A program made the position numbers and the translations under genes. Below are positions 13,041 through 25,845 of a stretch of DNA of 64,000 nt, piece by piece (positions within the stretch are counted from its first letter, which is position 1; each line of letters begins with the position of its first letter). The DNA lies in assembly GCF_036321535.1 (NCBI RefSeq), contig NC_087436.1, positions 108,068,001 to 108,132,000 on the forward strand, given 5' to 3'. This DNA comes from Camelus dromedarius (taxonomy: Eukaryota). Under the pieces are notes generated by a model. It searched no databases and was not told where the DNA came from. It saw nothing but the letters and a program-made list of their open reading frames with translations.

Positions 13041-13132
13041 CTTGGCTCTATTTTGGTTATGTTCAGGATGTGTAGGCTGCCATTTTGCAAAGCATGCTGA
13101 ACCAAGGCAAATGACCACTAAAAAGAAAAACA

Positions 13133-13702
13133 TTTTTTTAATTGAAGTATAGTCAGTTACAATGTGTCAATATCTGGTATACAGCATAATATCCCAGTTA
13201 TGCATATATATGTATATATTCATTTTCATACTCTTTTTCAAAAAAGGGTATTACAAGATACTGAATATAGTTCCCTGTGCTATACAGAAGAAATTTGTTT
13301 TTTATCTACTTTTATATATAGTGGTTAACATTTGCAAATCTGACTCCCAAATTTATCCCTTCCCCTCCTTTCCTCCAGTAACCATAAGATTGTTTACTAT
13401 GTCTGTGAGCCTGCATTTGTTTTGTAGATGAGTTCATTAATGTTCTCTTTTCTTTTCTTTTTTTAGATTCCACATATGAGTGATATATGATATTTTTCTT
13501 TCTCTTTCTGTCTTACTTCACTTAGAATGATGATCTCCAGGTCCATCCATGTTGCTGCAAATGGCGTTATTTTATTCTTTTTATTGCTAAGTAGTATTCC
13601 ATTGTATAAATATACCACAATTTCTTTATCCAGTCATCTGTTGATGGACATTTAAATTGCTTCCATGTCTTGGCTATTGTATATAGTGCTGCTATGAGCA
13701 TT
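13133..13702 (-). mobile_element. Younger lineage-specific L1 3' end (5'-truncated)
   Basis: ttttttaattgaagtatagtcagttacaatgtgtca...cttacttcacttagaatgatgatctccaggtccatccatgttgctgcaaatggc...ccagtcatctgttgatggacatttaa. Confidence 0.92.
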
Positions 13703-13984
13703 TTTAATACAGCGTATGCCTCATTTTTTGTGTGTGCTACAGGAGTAGAGTGTTGACAAAAACAAATTTGAGAAATAACAGTTATCAGCTTATCATATTC
13801 TTGGCACCATGTAGCACCAAACCCAGTGTATAGATAGATCCTTCTTCCTTAGACATATTGAAAGTGTGGCTTGAGGGAATTAGATTTTACTTCTGGGTAA
13901 TGAAGGAATGGACTTTCCCCAGCCTTGCCAAAGAGAACATAGAGTTTTATAGCAGTGTTTTAATATATGATTAACAAAATCAGG

Positions 13985-14230
13985 ATTCTCTCATTGATTG
14001 ATTATCAACGTTGTGTCCCGCAATGTGCTTGCCACCAAATGAACCATGGTGAATAGGATGATTTCTCAGTGTGCAGGCAATTGGGGAGGGAAAAAAACAA
14101 CTGAACAAGCAATCGCAGTGTAGTGTGATAAGTGATTTATTTGTAAAAGCATAAGGAACAAAGGACGTTGATATCAGGGACGTTGAATCTAATCTTAGGG
14201 TCTGAGCAAAAACTTCCCTGAAATAGCACT
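13985..14230 (-). mobile_element. Degenerate L2 fragment
   Basis: aacaagcaatcgcagtgtagtgtgataagtg...aaacttccctga. Confidence 0.45.
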
Positions 14231-16409
14231 CAAACACTGGCATTAAGTGTCAGTGTTCCCCGGGACCATTTGGATGTATATATTCCTGCTTTCTGAATTC
14301 CTGTCTCATGATTTTCCTAAATTTTGCTCTCGGCCATTCCATTGTTTGGCAAAAATATCATTCAGCCTCTTCTGCCTTCTCCGAAGAAAGTCATCTTTCT
14401 GCCTAGACACTTCCACATTTGATGTCTCATATGCTGATTTTTTTCAGCTCCTTAAAATGCAGTTTATTAGTAATCATAAGACGGGCTTCTTTGAGACAAT
14501 GTGAAGGCTGTTTAGCCTGGCTATTGAGGGAACAACTGCTTCATTGCTTGCCCCAAAAGCAAGTCATTTCAGTAATACCATCATATTATTTATCCATGAG
14601 GAGTCTGAAAGGAGAAGTAAACATCTCCAGGCTAATGGTATAATGATGTCCTAGCTGCTTTGGATCTAAGCATCAAAATTAATGAAGTTATGGGACAATA
14701 ATGTTGTTATCCATAGACTTCTTCTTGTATAGTTTGCAGATTTTATGCAAATGAACTTGATAGGAATCAGGCTATTTCCATTTGTGTGCTTTTAACCTGA
14801 GTATCGCTTTTGTTTGCTCTAAAGTAAGAGAACACATATTGCCAAAGCAGGACCAGTGTTAGACTTCCTTTTGTTTTATTATTCCTAAAAATGTTCAGAC
14901 TAGAATTTATTTTCTTCCTTTTAAAGTATGATTCCCCCTTTAAGTACAGAAGATCCCTGAATTAATTAGTAATTTAATTTCATATATTTTATTATGCACT
15001 GACTGCATGTCAGATGCTTTGCTAATAAATGGAGATCAACAGGCTAGGAAAAACATAATGTCAGAATTTAATGATGAATATTTGACAGTTTTAAGGGGGA
15101 AAGATAATTATGAAGAAGGAAAATATTGCAAAAGAAAGTACTTTTTGGTGTCTTCTACTTTTACTTATAGAGAAGATAAGATAAAATATCAACATGGGAA
15201 GGTTGTTTGTTTTGGCTATACGTATAATCTGTTTACTTCTGATATGCAAAGATTACTGGGTCTTGTCCCAAAGTGGTAACCCTCCACATTTGTCAGTAGG
15301 TGGAAGGCTTGTGTCTCCCATTCTGCCAGAGGAAGACATGTCAGAGATGGCAATTCCATCTTTGAATGTCTCCTGTCTCTTCAAGTGGTCTACTGGTAAT
15401 TGCTGATTCCATTTTGCCAGCTTTGTAGCTGGTGTTTTTCCTTGCCCTTTTTTACATTGGCTATTTTACGGACGAGTTCTAAGTGTGAATCTGAGATATC
15501 CAATTTTTCAGCCAGACTTTAAAACACCAGCTCCAGATTATTATTCATAAACAGTGTGAATATTATGACAAGAAGCCTAAGAAAAAAAGGGAGTTGGAGA
15601 TTTTTTTCAGATATAGTTCTGAAATATTTACTAAGAAGTCTGATTTTCTGGATCTATGTTTTGATGGAAAATGACTGACTTAAAAGAAACCTACAGTTCC
15701 TTAACAATAATATTAGGAAGGAAGGCAGAGGTGTCAAACAAATGCCCAAGATTTAACAGGTTTGGATGCTGAATCAGGTTACATAAATACAGAGATGGAA
15801 TATTTTGACACCTTGTAGGAACTTTTATGAAGCTAAAATGTGTACAAAGCAGATCCAAAAAGGAAGAAGTAATGACTGAGAAGAGGAAGCTCAAAAGATA
15901 CTATAGGGAAAGAACACTAAGTCAGAAATACAAAGACCTTCCTCTGGCTTCTGGTTGTGATGTGGTTGATACCCCACCTGTATGTTGAGGTCTCTTGTAA
16001 AGCAGGCTGTGCCACACCCTCTTTGGATCTCTTTACTGAGGCTAAGGTGCTGTCTTATTCTTCACTGAGCAGCAGATATTTAATGTCTACCTTGAAGTCT
16101 CCATTGTCTCTTCATTCTGGAGTAAAAATACTGGGAAAATTTATGTGTAAGGTACATACATTTACTAACATAAACCTGAATGCTAAATCCAATAATTTAA
16201 TAGCAGTTCTTAGACCAAGAGAAGAAAATACTGTATGTTTTCCTAGAACTTTCAAGGTTTGAAGATAACTGAAGACATAAAATGACCCTCACAGAGTTTA
16301 CACAGGGGAGGCACTGTACAGTGATGAGTTGTTCCACTATATGCAGAAAGGCAGCACTACATTTTATAGTTAAGTTTACCTAAATTCTTTATGTAGTGAT
16401 ACTTCATAC

Positions 16410-16600
16410 CCACTGAATGTCAAGCATGCACCAGAGATCTCACATGCATTATTTATAACTCTTCACAGCACTTTAGGGTTATCTGGGTGATCCTGAGACT
16501 GAGAAAGGCCAAGAACATGTTCATAAGGTAAATAATTAGTAAGTTGGAAAGCTGAATTCAAACTCTGACTTCCATGATTCCAAAACCCATTTTCGTATTC
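16410..16600 (-). mobile_element. MIR SINE
   Basis: cacatgcattatttataactcttcacagcac...gagactgagaaagg...attagtaagttggaaagctgaattcaaactc. Confidence 0.65.
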
Positions 16601-18184
16601 CTACATCTCATTGTCTCTCAGGAACCACTTGTAGGATGGAGGTCTGTTACTACCTGGGCTCTGTGATTGTTGGTTCAGGTGTGTCTGATCCAAGAGAAGA
16701 GATGCATGGATCCTGAATTCTCAAAGCCATTTACCATCATTTATGTAGGACCTCCTTTGAGTCTTCTCTCCAACGCGTAAGGCACTCACCCTAATGATCT
16801 GCCCTAGATCCTGTGTGAAGTTGCATCATTATTCTGGCCCTTCCAGTGTTAGACCTGCCTGTAAAACTTGTTGAACGATACCCTTGGCTCTTTTCCTAAA
16901 GATCATAATGCTGTCCCAGCACATTGAGGCCTTAACACTACCACAGAGAAAAGGTCTTAAAAAAGTAAACTCAGGGGAAACTGTGAGTTTTTCATAGTCC
17001 AGACTCATTTATATCAAAAGGACCACAGCCCAGTAATTTCCCTGGGGAGTCTGTTACATCAAAGTTGATAGAAAGGTTAGGAAGAAAACCCTGCACTTAC
17101 CTTAGAGAGTAGATTGTGTGTGGCCAATAGTTGATATGTGTAAATTCTCTAACTATGTATGATTGAGATATAGGACACTAAACTTTCTGTATGTTGTGAG
17201 TTCTTTGTTTTTTTAAACCTTGTCTTCTCCATTTCCCAATACACTGCTTCTCCATTAGCTATACCAACCTCCACACTTCTCTACAGCATTTCAGGTGGGT
17301 TATGAATTACTCGAAAGAGATGATGCATAAATTTACCGGGTAAAAACCTCCCACCTGATTTAACGAGCCATGGACTTGAAACCTTGTTGGAAGTGAGATT
17401 ACTACACAGAAAAGGAGAGGCAGCAGTGATCATTAGCATGACCTTCTCCAGCAACTCTTGTTCCCTAATTTGGGTCCTGTGGGCCCTGCCTGAGGAGTTT
17501 AGGAATTTGAGAAATGGATGAATTTCAGCAATGTGGAAAAAACATTTTCATTGTTGTTTGTTTTTTAGTAAGTGGATCCTGAAGAACTTACACCATCTAT
17601 GTGAAGTCATGTCCCCTGGAAAATAAATGGGATTGAGGACTAAGGCAGCAAATGACTTGTTAGATCTTTCTATATTGTTTACCTTTGCTATATGAAATAT
17701 ATATAAAGTAAATAAGTAGGTAAATGGGTAGGTATGTGGGTAGGTAGATACTTATATGGATAGATACCTAGGTAGTAATGATCCTTATGGAGCTGCTTTT
17801 TGTCTGAAGACACCCCTTTTCTTACATATCACTAACACTGGGAATCCTTACATGGCCTTGTCTCTTGAACATTAAACATACTGACTGCAGATGTATGTGT
17901 GGTTCCAATCACTAAAATTATGTTTAATTATTAGTGGCACAAAAATATTACCATAGAATGTGGAAATATCAAAATGTAATACGCACAGTGAAATGGCAAC
18001 GATATCACATTTTCAGGAGGCGTCACTGAGATACAACAGGCGACATGGGGAGCAAGCGGCGAGAGAGCCACAAACGTGGGGGGCAAGCGGTGGAAAAGCC
18101 AAAGTCCATCGTCCTCTCCAGAGTTGGGAAACAGCAGAGCAGCCGCCATGTGATCTTGCCAAATTTGCTTTTATAATTTGAGCT

Positions 18185-18310
18185 TTTGCTTTTTGTTGTT
18201 GGTGGGGATTAGGTATTTATTTATTTGTTTATTTACCTTTAATGGGGATTGAACCCAGGACCTTGTGCACACTAGGCAAGCGCTCTACCACTAAGCTATC
18301 CTGTTCCCTC
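18185..18310 (-). mobile_element. Camelid tRNA-derived SINE (vic-1-like)
   Basis: ggggattgaacccaggaccttgtgcacactaggcaagcgctctaccactaagcta; direct repeat taatttgagct at 18174-18184 and 18316-18326 (TSD). Confidence 0.88.
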
Positions 18311-19434
18311 AACTGTAATTTGAGCTGACTTGTGATTTCTCTATTCTCAATTGAAAATTCTGGTGGTTGCCCACATAAGTGTCTGGAATTAAATCTGCAT
18401 AAATTAACTAAAAGCAAAAACACTTTTGGCATCGAAGGAGCACTTGTCATTCAGTCCCCTTCCCTTTGCAGGCACATTTGTGTCTCTTTGTTGAGGCGCT
18501 GCTTTTTCTCGCCTCAGAATGTGGGGTTTCCTTGTTTTCTAGCCACTTGCAAAATCCTCCTCATTTCCTGAACTTCAGTGCAAACTCCTTTTAGTAAAGC
18601 CTGACCTGAACTTATGTTCCCTCCTCCCCTCCCCCGACCTCCCATGCCCCAGACTTGGAGATAATCACCCTGTGATACACTGGGGTGGTTTTCACATCTC
18701 TTTTCTCAACTGGGCAATGAGAGCCAAAAATTCAGAGCTGGCTTAGATTCATTTTTACAGCTTTTCCAGCGCCTAGCTGTAGAAGGAATAAGTGAATGGT
18801 TTTTCATAAAATACCTCTTGTTTTTACTGGTGAAAAACTGAATAATGAGCTCAGTGGAATAGTAATTTGGATATGACATTTACGATCTTAAGAACTCTAA
18901 GGTTTTAAGTGCAGATCAGAAAATGGATACCTTTGGAATAAAATAATCTGCCTCTCTCCACACCTGTGTTGTACTCGCATAAATAAAACACACGGGCAGT
19001 GCCTGGAGCATCTGAAAAGATAAGGACTGTCTAAATGCAAAGTCGTGTCTTATGAATATGATTGTAATTCGGAGGAAATTAACTTTAATATGGTCATGTG
19101 TATGACTTTATGTTGGTTTATTATTATGGAAGAAGGAAAGAATCGTGTAGACCATGTAAATAATAGTGCTGAGTTTACAACCACGCTTTATCAGTCTAAG
19201 AGAAAAAGTGTTATTGGATGTATTCGAGTGATATATGAAGGCCAGAGCTCCACATCATAATGATGAAAACGAAAAGTGTTTGATAATGAGAGGGTGGGTG
19301 AATTTTTATGATATTTTTGTTAGTTGATGAAGAACTTCAACTCTGCTGTATACTTGCCCCATGACATTTCTTGTTTGCAAAATCTAAGTGGCTTGTTTAT
19401 ACTTTTTTTTTAACTGATTAAAATATGCAAACTG

Positions 19435-19561
19435 TTTTGTTGTTGTTGTTGTTGGGGGGGGTAATTAGGTTTGTTTATTTTTAGAGGAGGTACTGGGGAT
19501 TGAACCCAGGACCTCATGCATGCTGAGCACAGTTTCTACCACTTGAGCTATACCCTCTCCC
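19435..19561 (-). mobile_element. Camelid tRNA-derived SINE (vic-1-like)
   Basis: gaggtactggggattgaacccaggacctcatgcatgctgagcac...ctaccacttgagctataccctctccc; TSD tgcaaactg (19426-19434) / tgtaaactg (19562-19570). Confidence 0.9.
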
Positions 19562-19595
19562 TGTAAACTGGTTTTTTTTTTTTAAATTACATTTC

Positions 19596-19680
19596 TTTTT
19601 TTTTTAATTGAGTTATAGTCAGTTTACAATGTTGTGTCAATTTCTGGTGTACAGCACAATTTTTCAGTCATACATGAATG
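19596..19680 (-). mobile_element. Very short young L1 3'-terminal fragment
   Basis: tttttaattgagttatagtcagtttacaatgttgtgtcaa...cacaatttttcagtcatac is the reverse complement of the L1 end at ~32570-32650. Confidence 0.8.
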
Positions 19681-19884
19681 TAGCTGACACTGAACTTTGT
19701 AAAGTCTGTCACTAAAGGCAATGCCTAATCTAAAGCTTCCTTTTTACTTGAGGCCTTGTCAATACTTAGTTTCTTTTTGAAAATGTGTTCATTGTTGGAA
19801 TCTTAGAAAACATGGAAAAACACAAAAAAGAAAATATAAATTATCACAGATCCCCCAAATGCAGAAATAATAATACATAATCTG

Positions 19885-19992
19885 TTGATGCAGAGAAGGT
19901 AAGTAACTTGGCCAATGATACACAGCCAGTAAAAGCAGAGATAAGATGCGAACCCAGGCATCTATACTGTAAATCATTATACTATGCTACCT
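19885..19992 (-). mobile_element. MIR fragment
   Basis: cagagaaggtaagtaacttggccaatgatacacagccagtaa...cgaacccaggc. Confidence 0.7.
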
Positions 19993-20174
19993 TCATTGAA
20001 AAATTATTTTGTACATAAACGTTGGCGTTAGCTCACTGAACAGTTTAACAAAACATTGAATTTAGGTTCTAAAGTTACATAACAGTTTGAATCATTCCCT
20101 TTTACTGTGAAGCATGGTCATTTAAATCTGTGAGAGCACTTTGATAATCGTGGAAAGATTCTGCAAGCTAAAAT

Positions 20175-20281
20175 GAAAAACAAAAGAAAAAAAAAGAGAG
20201 AGGGAGAGAGAAAGAAGGAAGGAGAAGGAAGAAAAGAAAGAAAGAAGGAAGGAAGGAAGAAAGGAAAGAAGGAAGGAAGGA
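20175..20281. repeat. Purine-rich (GAAA/GGAA/GA)n tract
   Basis: gaaagaaggaaggaaggaagaaaggaaagaaggaaggaagg. Confidence 0.9.
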
Positions 20282-22837
20282 ACATTCCAGTGTTTGGATA
20301 TGAAAATCAAGACAGTGGAGTCTGGTTTAAATTTTCTTGACATCTTTTAGCTGTGAGGCTCTACTTGTCTTTGGAAGTTTGAATATTATCTTTTGTTCTC
20401 TTAATCATTTTATTCTACTTATATTCTACACGGAGACACTGGGGAAATATATACTGTACTTACTATGGAGAACATGAGCTATTTAAAGTAGCTGATCTAA
20501 GGCACGTTTCTTGAGCATAAAAGATGGAGCCCGATTTAAACAGAGCCCCGAAGATTAGAAGGGGACTCTCATCACAGGATCACCGGTTGGTGGATAAGTT
20601 GGTGAACAGATGCAGAAAAGGTATCAAGTAGCTGGTCCTCCCACTATTGTTTCTCCTTTTACCTGTCACGTAAGTTTCCTTTCTCCAGTGCACATAGGAG
20701 GTCACGGTCCAGTGCTATCTTCTATTGGAACATGGATCTCTAGATGGCTTAGGAAAAGTCACATTCATTGATTTATTCAACAAATGTTTGTTGAACTTTT
20801 GCTCTACTAGCTCCATTGAGCTGGTAACACAGAACTTGGCCCTGAGGAAGGACCATATTTTCCCATTTTTATACATCCATTCTCAGCACCATCGCTCCAG
20901 GTTCCTACAAGGAGAATGTATAGGTTCTCTATGGAGCATCTTTTAACAGCAGCTGAAGCAGCTGCAGGCAGATAATAAATTTAAATGGACTCCCTTATAT
21001 TTCTTTACGTTCCTCTGAGATGAATGGAGTTCATTTCAGAGTTCCTGGGTATCCAGTATAATTAGGTTTCCCTCTGTCTCCTTTCCTTCTCCTCTCTGAC
21101 TTCCCCTCTTACGTTCTAGCTCATGTATTGAAGATGTATATCTCTTATTGATTTCCAACATTAGGTATAATCAGTAATGATGGGGCTTTCACTACCAAAA
21201 AAATTACTTCTTTATTGATCCCTTTCAGGGTAGCAATTGCGAAACTTAATATGTGTCTTTGGCATGTTTTGCTTGTTCAGTTCTTGCCTCTGAGTGCTGT
21301 CATCTTGAAAATAACAAACGCAACGCTCAGCACTGATTATGCTCCAAGAGATGAGAGCCTGAAAAATGCAGATTCTGACATCTAAAATTAAAATTCACTC
21401 ACCTTGGCGAAGCAGAAGATCCAGGAGGGGTTCCTTGCAAATAGGTTTGCTCATTAAAATAACCACATAATTTTATTTATCCCTTGGTTATATAGTCTTG
21501 CCTTTAGAGTGATTCCTCACACTGTTTCAGTTTATCATTCAGAGTTAATGCTCTTGGGTTCCTGTGATCATAAGGATATCTGTGTTTGAAGGAAAAACTT
21601 CAAATATTAGCCAAGTAGAAATAACTTTTTAAACGAAATTTTAAATGTGCTTGCTTTGGAAGGGGAGCCCTCCTGGTTTGTATTAAGTATTTTCTTGTGT
21701 AGGAACTTCTTAGTATTACCTGGGTTGAAAATGTAATTGTCAGTATTTGCCTTTAAAAACAGTAGTTTTATATGATTCAGTCTAATAGATATAAATATAA
21801 ATAAATTAATAAATGCACTGTTTAGGGAAGATGATGTTTTAAGGAAGTGTATTTTCCAGATAACTGAAGCTCCCTTCAAGTGTTATAACTTCTCTGTTAG
21901 CCAGAGGAGATGGAACTCTTTCTTTCCACAGTACCTTACTCTTTCCACAGTACCTACTCTCCTCTCTTCTCAAGTAGAGCATCCCTGCTCCTTTCCTGAA
22001 GGCTCAAAGTCATTACTGCAAATACTCTGTTCATATTCTAGTGTGATGATGCGGCATTTTCAAAAGTTATGAAGTCTGCAGGGGTATTTCTGTGAATGTG
22101 TGCTTGACTTTTATAGATTTTTTTTTTTTCTTTTTGCGCCACTGGTAAACTGCTGTGTCTTACTTCTTTATGTTCCCTCTGTCATGTTGCAATATGGGCA
22201 GATTCAGGACAAAAAGGCAAGAAGATGCCAGGACTAGGAGACAACTTGAATTGATCCCAAGTAATGTTGGCGCTACATTACAAGACAAAGAAGCAAACTG
22301 ATAATCATAGATTCAGAATATAAAACAGAACTTGAAGTGGGAACTGTATTACAGAAGGAATTTTAAGCAGAAATAGGGGACTGGTGTAAGTGAACAGTGA
22401 TCAAGGGTCTCGAAGTCAAAAAACAAAGGAAGTAAAGATTTAGGTTAATGTGTTAATATGTACTTTCTAATCATCTCAACCCAGTCATAAAAATAAGCAA
22501 AGGTAAAATTAGGGACTATTGGCGGCTGCCTCTTTGTCCCAGTCTTAAGCTTCTGATAGAATGTAGGCGCCCCAAAACTTGCAAGATGGGTTTTCCATTG
22601 GGAAAAGAGTTCTGACATACCTTAATTCTTGCAAAGAAAAATACTCAGGTTTTCTAGAGGGCCACACAGGGCTCAGAATATTTAACTTACTACTTATAAC
22701 CTATTAGAACTCAGGAGCTATTTAGTTAACGGGTAGTAAGTTATGATTATGTAATTAATTTTGTCAAAATTATACGTAAAATCTGAGTCACTAGGGGAAT
22801 CCACAGAGATTTCATTTATCAAGTCATAGTCATAAAA

Positions 22838-23054
22838 CACTGGTCCTCAATGCAGGACAGGGGGTGGGTAGTGATGTTTCTTCTAGGAGACATTAGGAAA
22901 TATCTGGAGATACTTTTGCTTGTCACAGCTGGGGGAGTATTTCTGACATTTAGCAGGTAGAGATCAGAGATTCTGCTCAGTAGCCTACAGTGCACAGCGA
23001 AGTCCCCAACAAAAATTATCTGACCCAAAACAAGGTCAATGTTGAGAAACACTG
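22838..23054. mobile_element. MER20 hAT-Charlie MITE
   Basis: cactggtcctcaa...gacattaggaaatatctggagatacttttgcttgtcacagctgggg...gttgagaaacactg; terminal inverted repeats recognisable. Confidence 0.88.
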
Positions 23055-24643
23055 GCTCAGGAAAACTGAGTATAAGAGAAGAACGTGGGATCAGCAGGCT
23101 TCCTTTGATGGCGTTAGAAATACAGGGTGATAGAAACTAAGTAACTCCTGCGTGGTAGTTTTACCTTTGGAGGGACAGTAGGCAAATTGGCCCAGCACAA
23201 AACCTTGCTTCACCACCGTTACTGGGGTTTGGAGAGAAGGGATTTCTTAGAAGATATTCGTACACTTACTTGTTCTGAGCTCTTAACAGTCAGTTACCCA
23301 CGAAGGAGGAATGGCTGTAGTAACTGAGTGAAGGCGGTACCTGCTCACCGCCCTTTACTCCTATCAGCAAGTCATCTCAGGAGGCAGGGATGAGTCAGGA
23401 CCAGCCTTGGAGGTCAGGAAAGTTGAATGGGCTAATCAGACTAGAAGATGGAGGATGTGATGCCAGCTGGCTCTCTTGATGGGATAAGCATGTCTAGCAG
23501 AACATCTTATAATTAAGTTCCTTAAATTTACCTAATAATGACTCCTTAGTATAGGATTTCAAGAAATCAGAAGTTTCTGCCTTTCATCAGAACCTCAAGA
23601 CCATTCCATATTGCCCTCATATGTAGACTGAACTATCTGGCTAGTAGAGTTGGGGTACCCTAGACAGCTGTCTGAACCTCAGAGCTGACCAACAATGATG
23701 TGGTTTATTCTTAGCCTTAGCTGCTCCCCATAAAATTTGAGCTCATTATAAAAGAGGTTTCACATGGCTATATTAATAAATTTTGCACACTAAGTCCCTC
23801 CTTAGATACCTTAGATAGATCCAGACACCTTAGATAGATCCCAGGTGTCTCCACTTTAATGCTGATCTTAAAAAAATCAGAATTATATCAAAGTAACCTG
23901 ATTTTACAGTTCCTTCCTTAATAAATGTTTGAATGAATAAGTGAATGAATAATGTAAGAGTCAAGGGAAATATTTTGCCATGATGGCACCAGAACACAAA
24001 GAAAATATTAAAAGCCATATTATGAAAACTGTAGATCTTTTTAAGAGGAAAGGAGATTAATTTTTATAAAATAACTTTTCCCAGTTAGTACTTTTTTGAC
24101 TGATAGAGCTCACCCCCGACATTTGTAGTCCTATCCAGTTTCTAGAGCAGATACAATTCATCTCCTTTTTGGGCTTGATACACAGAAAGCCATAAGATCC
24201 AATTCACTTTTGTTAAACTGAATTGAAAATAATTTATCTTGTAGCAGAAATGGCAACAGTACACCATCTAAACAAGGCAAAGGAGCAAAAATGGAGTAGA
24301 AGGGATTTTGTTCCATTCACTGAGGAGAATGCTGTCCTCTCATTCATTCTGCAACAAATAAATAGTTTGGCAGTAGATGAAGAAGCATACATCGGTGTGT
24401 AGTAACCTGATACTATAAAATATAATACTTTGAAAAGGAAGATGACTAAAAGATGCTATATCAATCATAGGTAATTTTAAAATGTCACTCATAGGTAATT
24501 TAAAAAGCTATGGATCAGAAAGTCCTCAAATGCTGCTCCTTTATCTCAGAGAAAATGTGCTGAGTGGTTAATGAAGTTGAGGGGTTTGGGAGAGGTGTCT
24601 TAGAAACCTACGCAGTAACATGCCCGAAGCTACCAAGTCATAA

Positions 24644-24832
24644 TCTCTCTTCCGTTTCTTTCTCTCGCCCTCTCCTTTCCTCCCCTCCCCCCTCCAACCC
24701 CCTTTTTTGCTTCCCTCCTACCTCTTTTTCTCCTTCTCTCCTCCCTCTTTCTTCTCCATCCTTGCATATGACCCTGTTATCTCTGTCCCATCTTCCTTCC
24801 TTCCTTTTCTTGTTCTCTCTTTCCTTCCCTAT
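24644..24832. repeat. Polypyrimidine (CT-rich) low-complexity tract
   Basis: ctctcttccgtttctttctctcgccctctcctttcctcccctccccc...ccttccttccttttcttgttctctctttccttccct. Confidence 0.85.
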
Positions 24833-25639
24833 CCATGCCCAAGATTGCCAGTGGTAAAGAAGGCTCATTGTTATGTTCCTCTCACAAAGACGAGGGAGGT
24901 GGGGGGCAGATGAATGAATACCAGGGGAGATGGTAAAGTAGTCAGTATACCCAGAAAGGAAGAAGGGACCATTTTTAGCCTCTGTGAGTGAGAGATTTCC
25001 ACTAGGAACCATTGAAGGTACAGTCATTTTGACTACAAAATGACTCAGTGACTCATTAATCTCAAGAGAAAGCTTATAATTTTCAGACAGTTATCAAAGG
25101 GGACAGTCATATCAAAAAGATGACTAAACATGGCACTAGAATATTTTTTTAGAGCATAATTTGTTATATTCCTCAGATTTCTAGAGGGAAGATTCTGATG
25201 AGATAAATTATTTACCCCAATATATCTAGTGTAGAATCACATCTTATTTCTAAACTGGTAGAAACTTTCTAGCATTCAGTGGAAGCTCTGAACTCTTTTG
25301 TCAAAAATGTATACATACTCATACCATTTTCCTTTTATAATCTTTTGAAGCCCATCCGTGGATCTGTCCATGCTCTTGGAGTGTGAGGTACAATTATTTT
25401 GGTAAGTTTTTCCCATGACTACACAGCCAATGTTTACATGATAAAAGAAAGGATGCAGATATATTCCCGTATTGCTTATAAAATGGTACTAACTCCTATT
25501 GTCCAAATAATCACAACAGTATTTAAGAAGATGCTCCTAAGGTATGTAGAGGGATTTCAGATGCTTCCCCCGACTCTGTTTGATATTTGCTTTAAAAGAT
25601 TTCCTTCTCAATTCTGGATCTAGTAAGACCAGTAGCAGC

Positions 25640-25845
25640 AGCAACTTCCACTGATGAGCTACCTCCTGTCCACCAGATATTTTCCAGTGTGTTTTATATA
25701 CATTATGTCATTTAATTCTCATGAGGATTTTATTGGGTAGGTCTACTAGGCATCATTATTTTCCTTACACATGATTAAAATGAAGCATAGACATTTTTTT
25801 AATGATCTGGCCAAAATCATGGACAGTAAGTCAGGAGCTGGTCAA
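25640..25845 (-). mobile_element. MIR SINE
   Basis: ttttatatacattatgtcatttaattctcatga...taatgatctggccaaaatcatggacagtaagtcaggagctgg. Confidence 0.7.

Noticed and set aside
24564..25027. Overlapping S/P/L/F-rich and E/R/G/K-rich ORFs
   Set aside because: They are translations of the CT-rich low-complexity tract.
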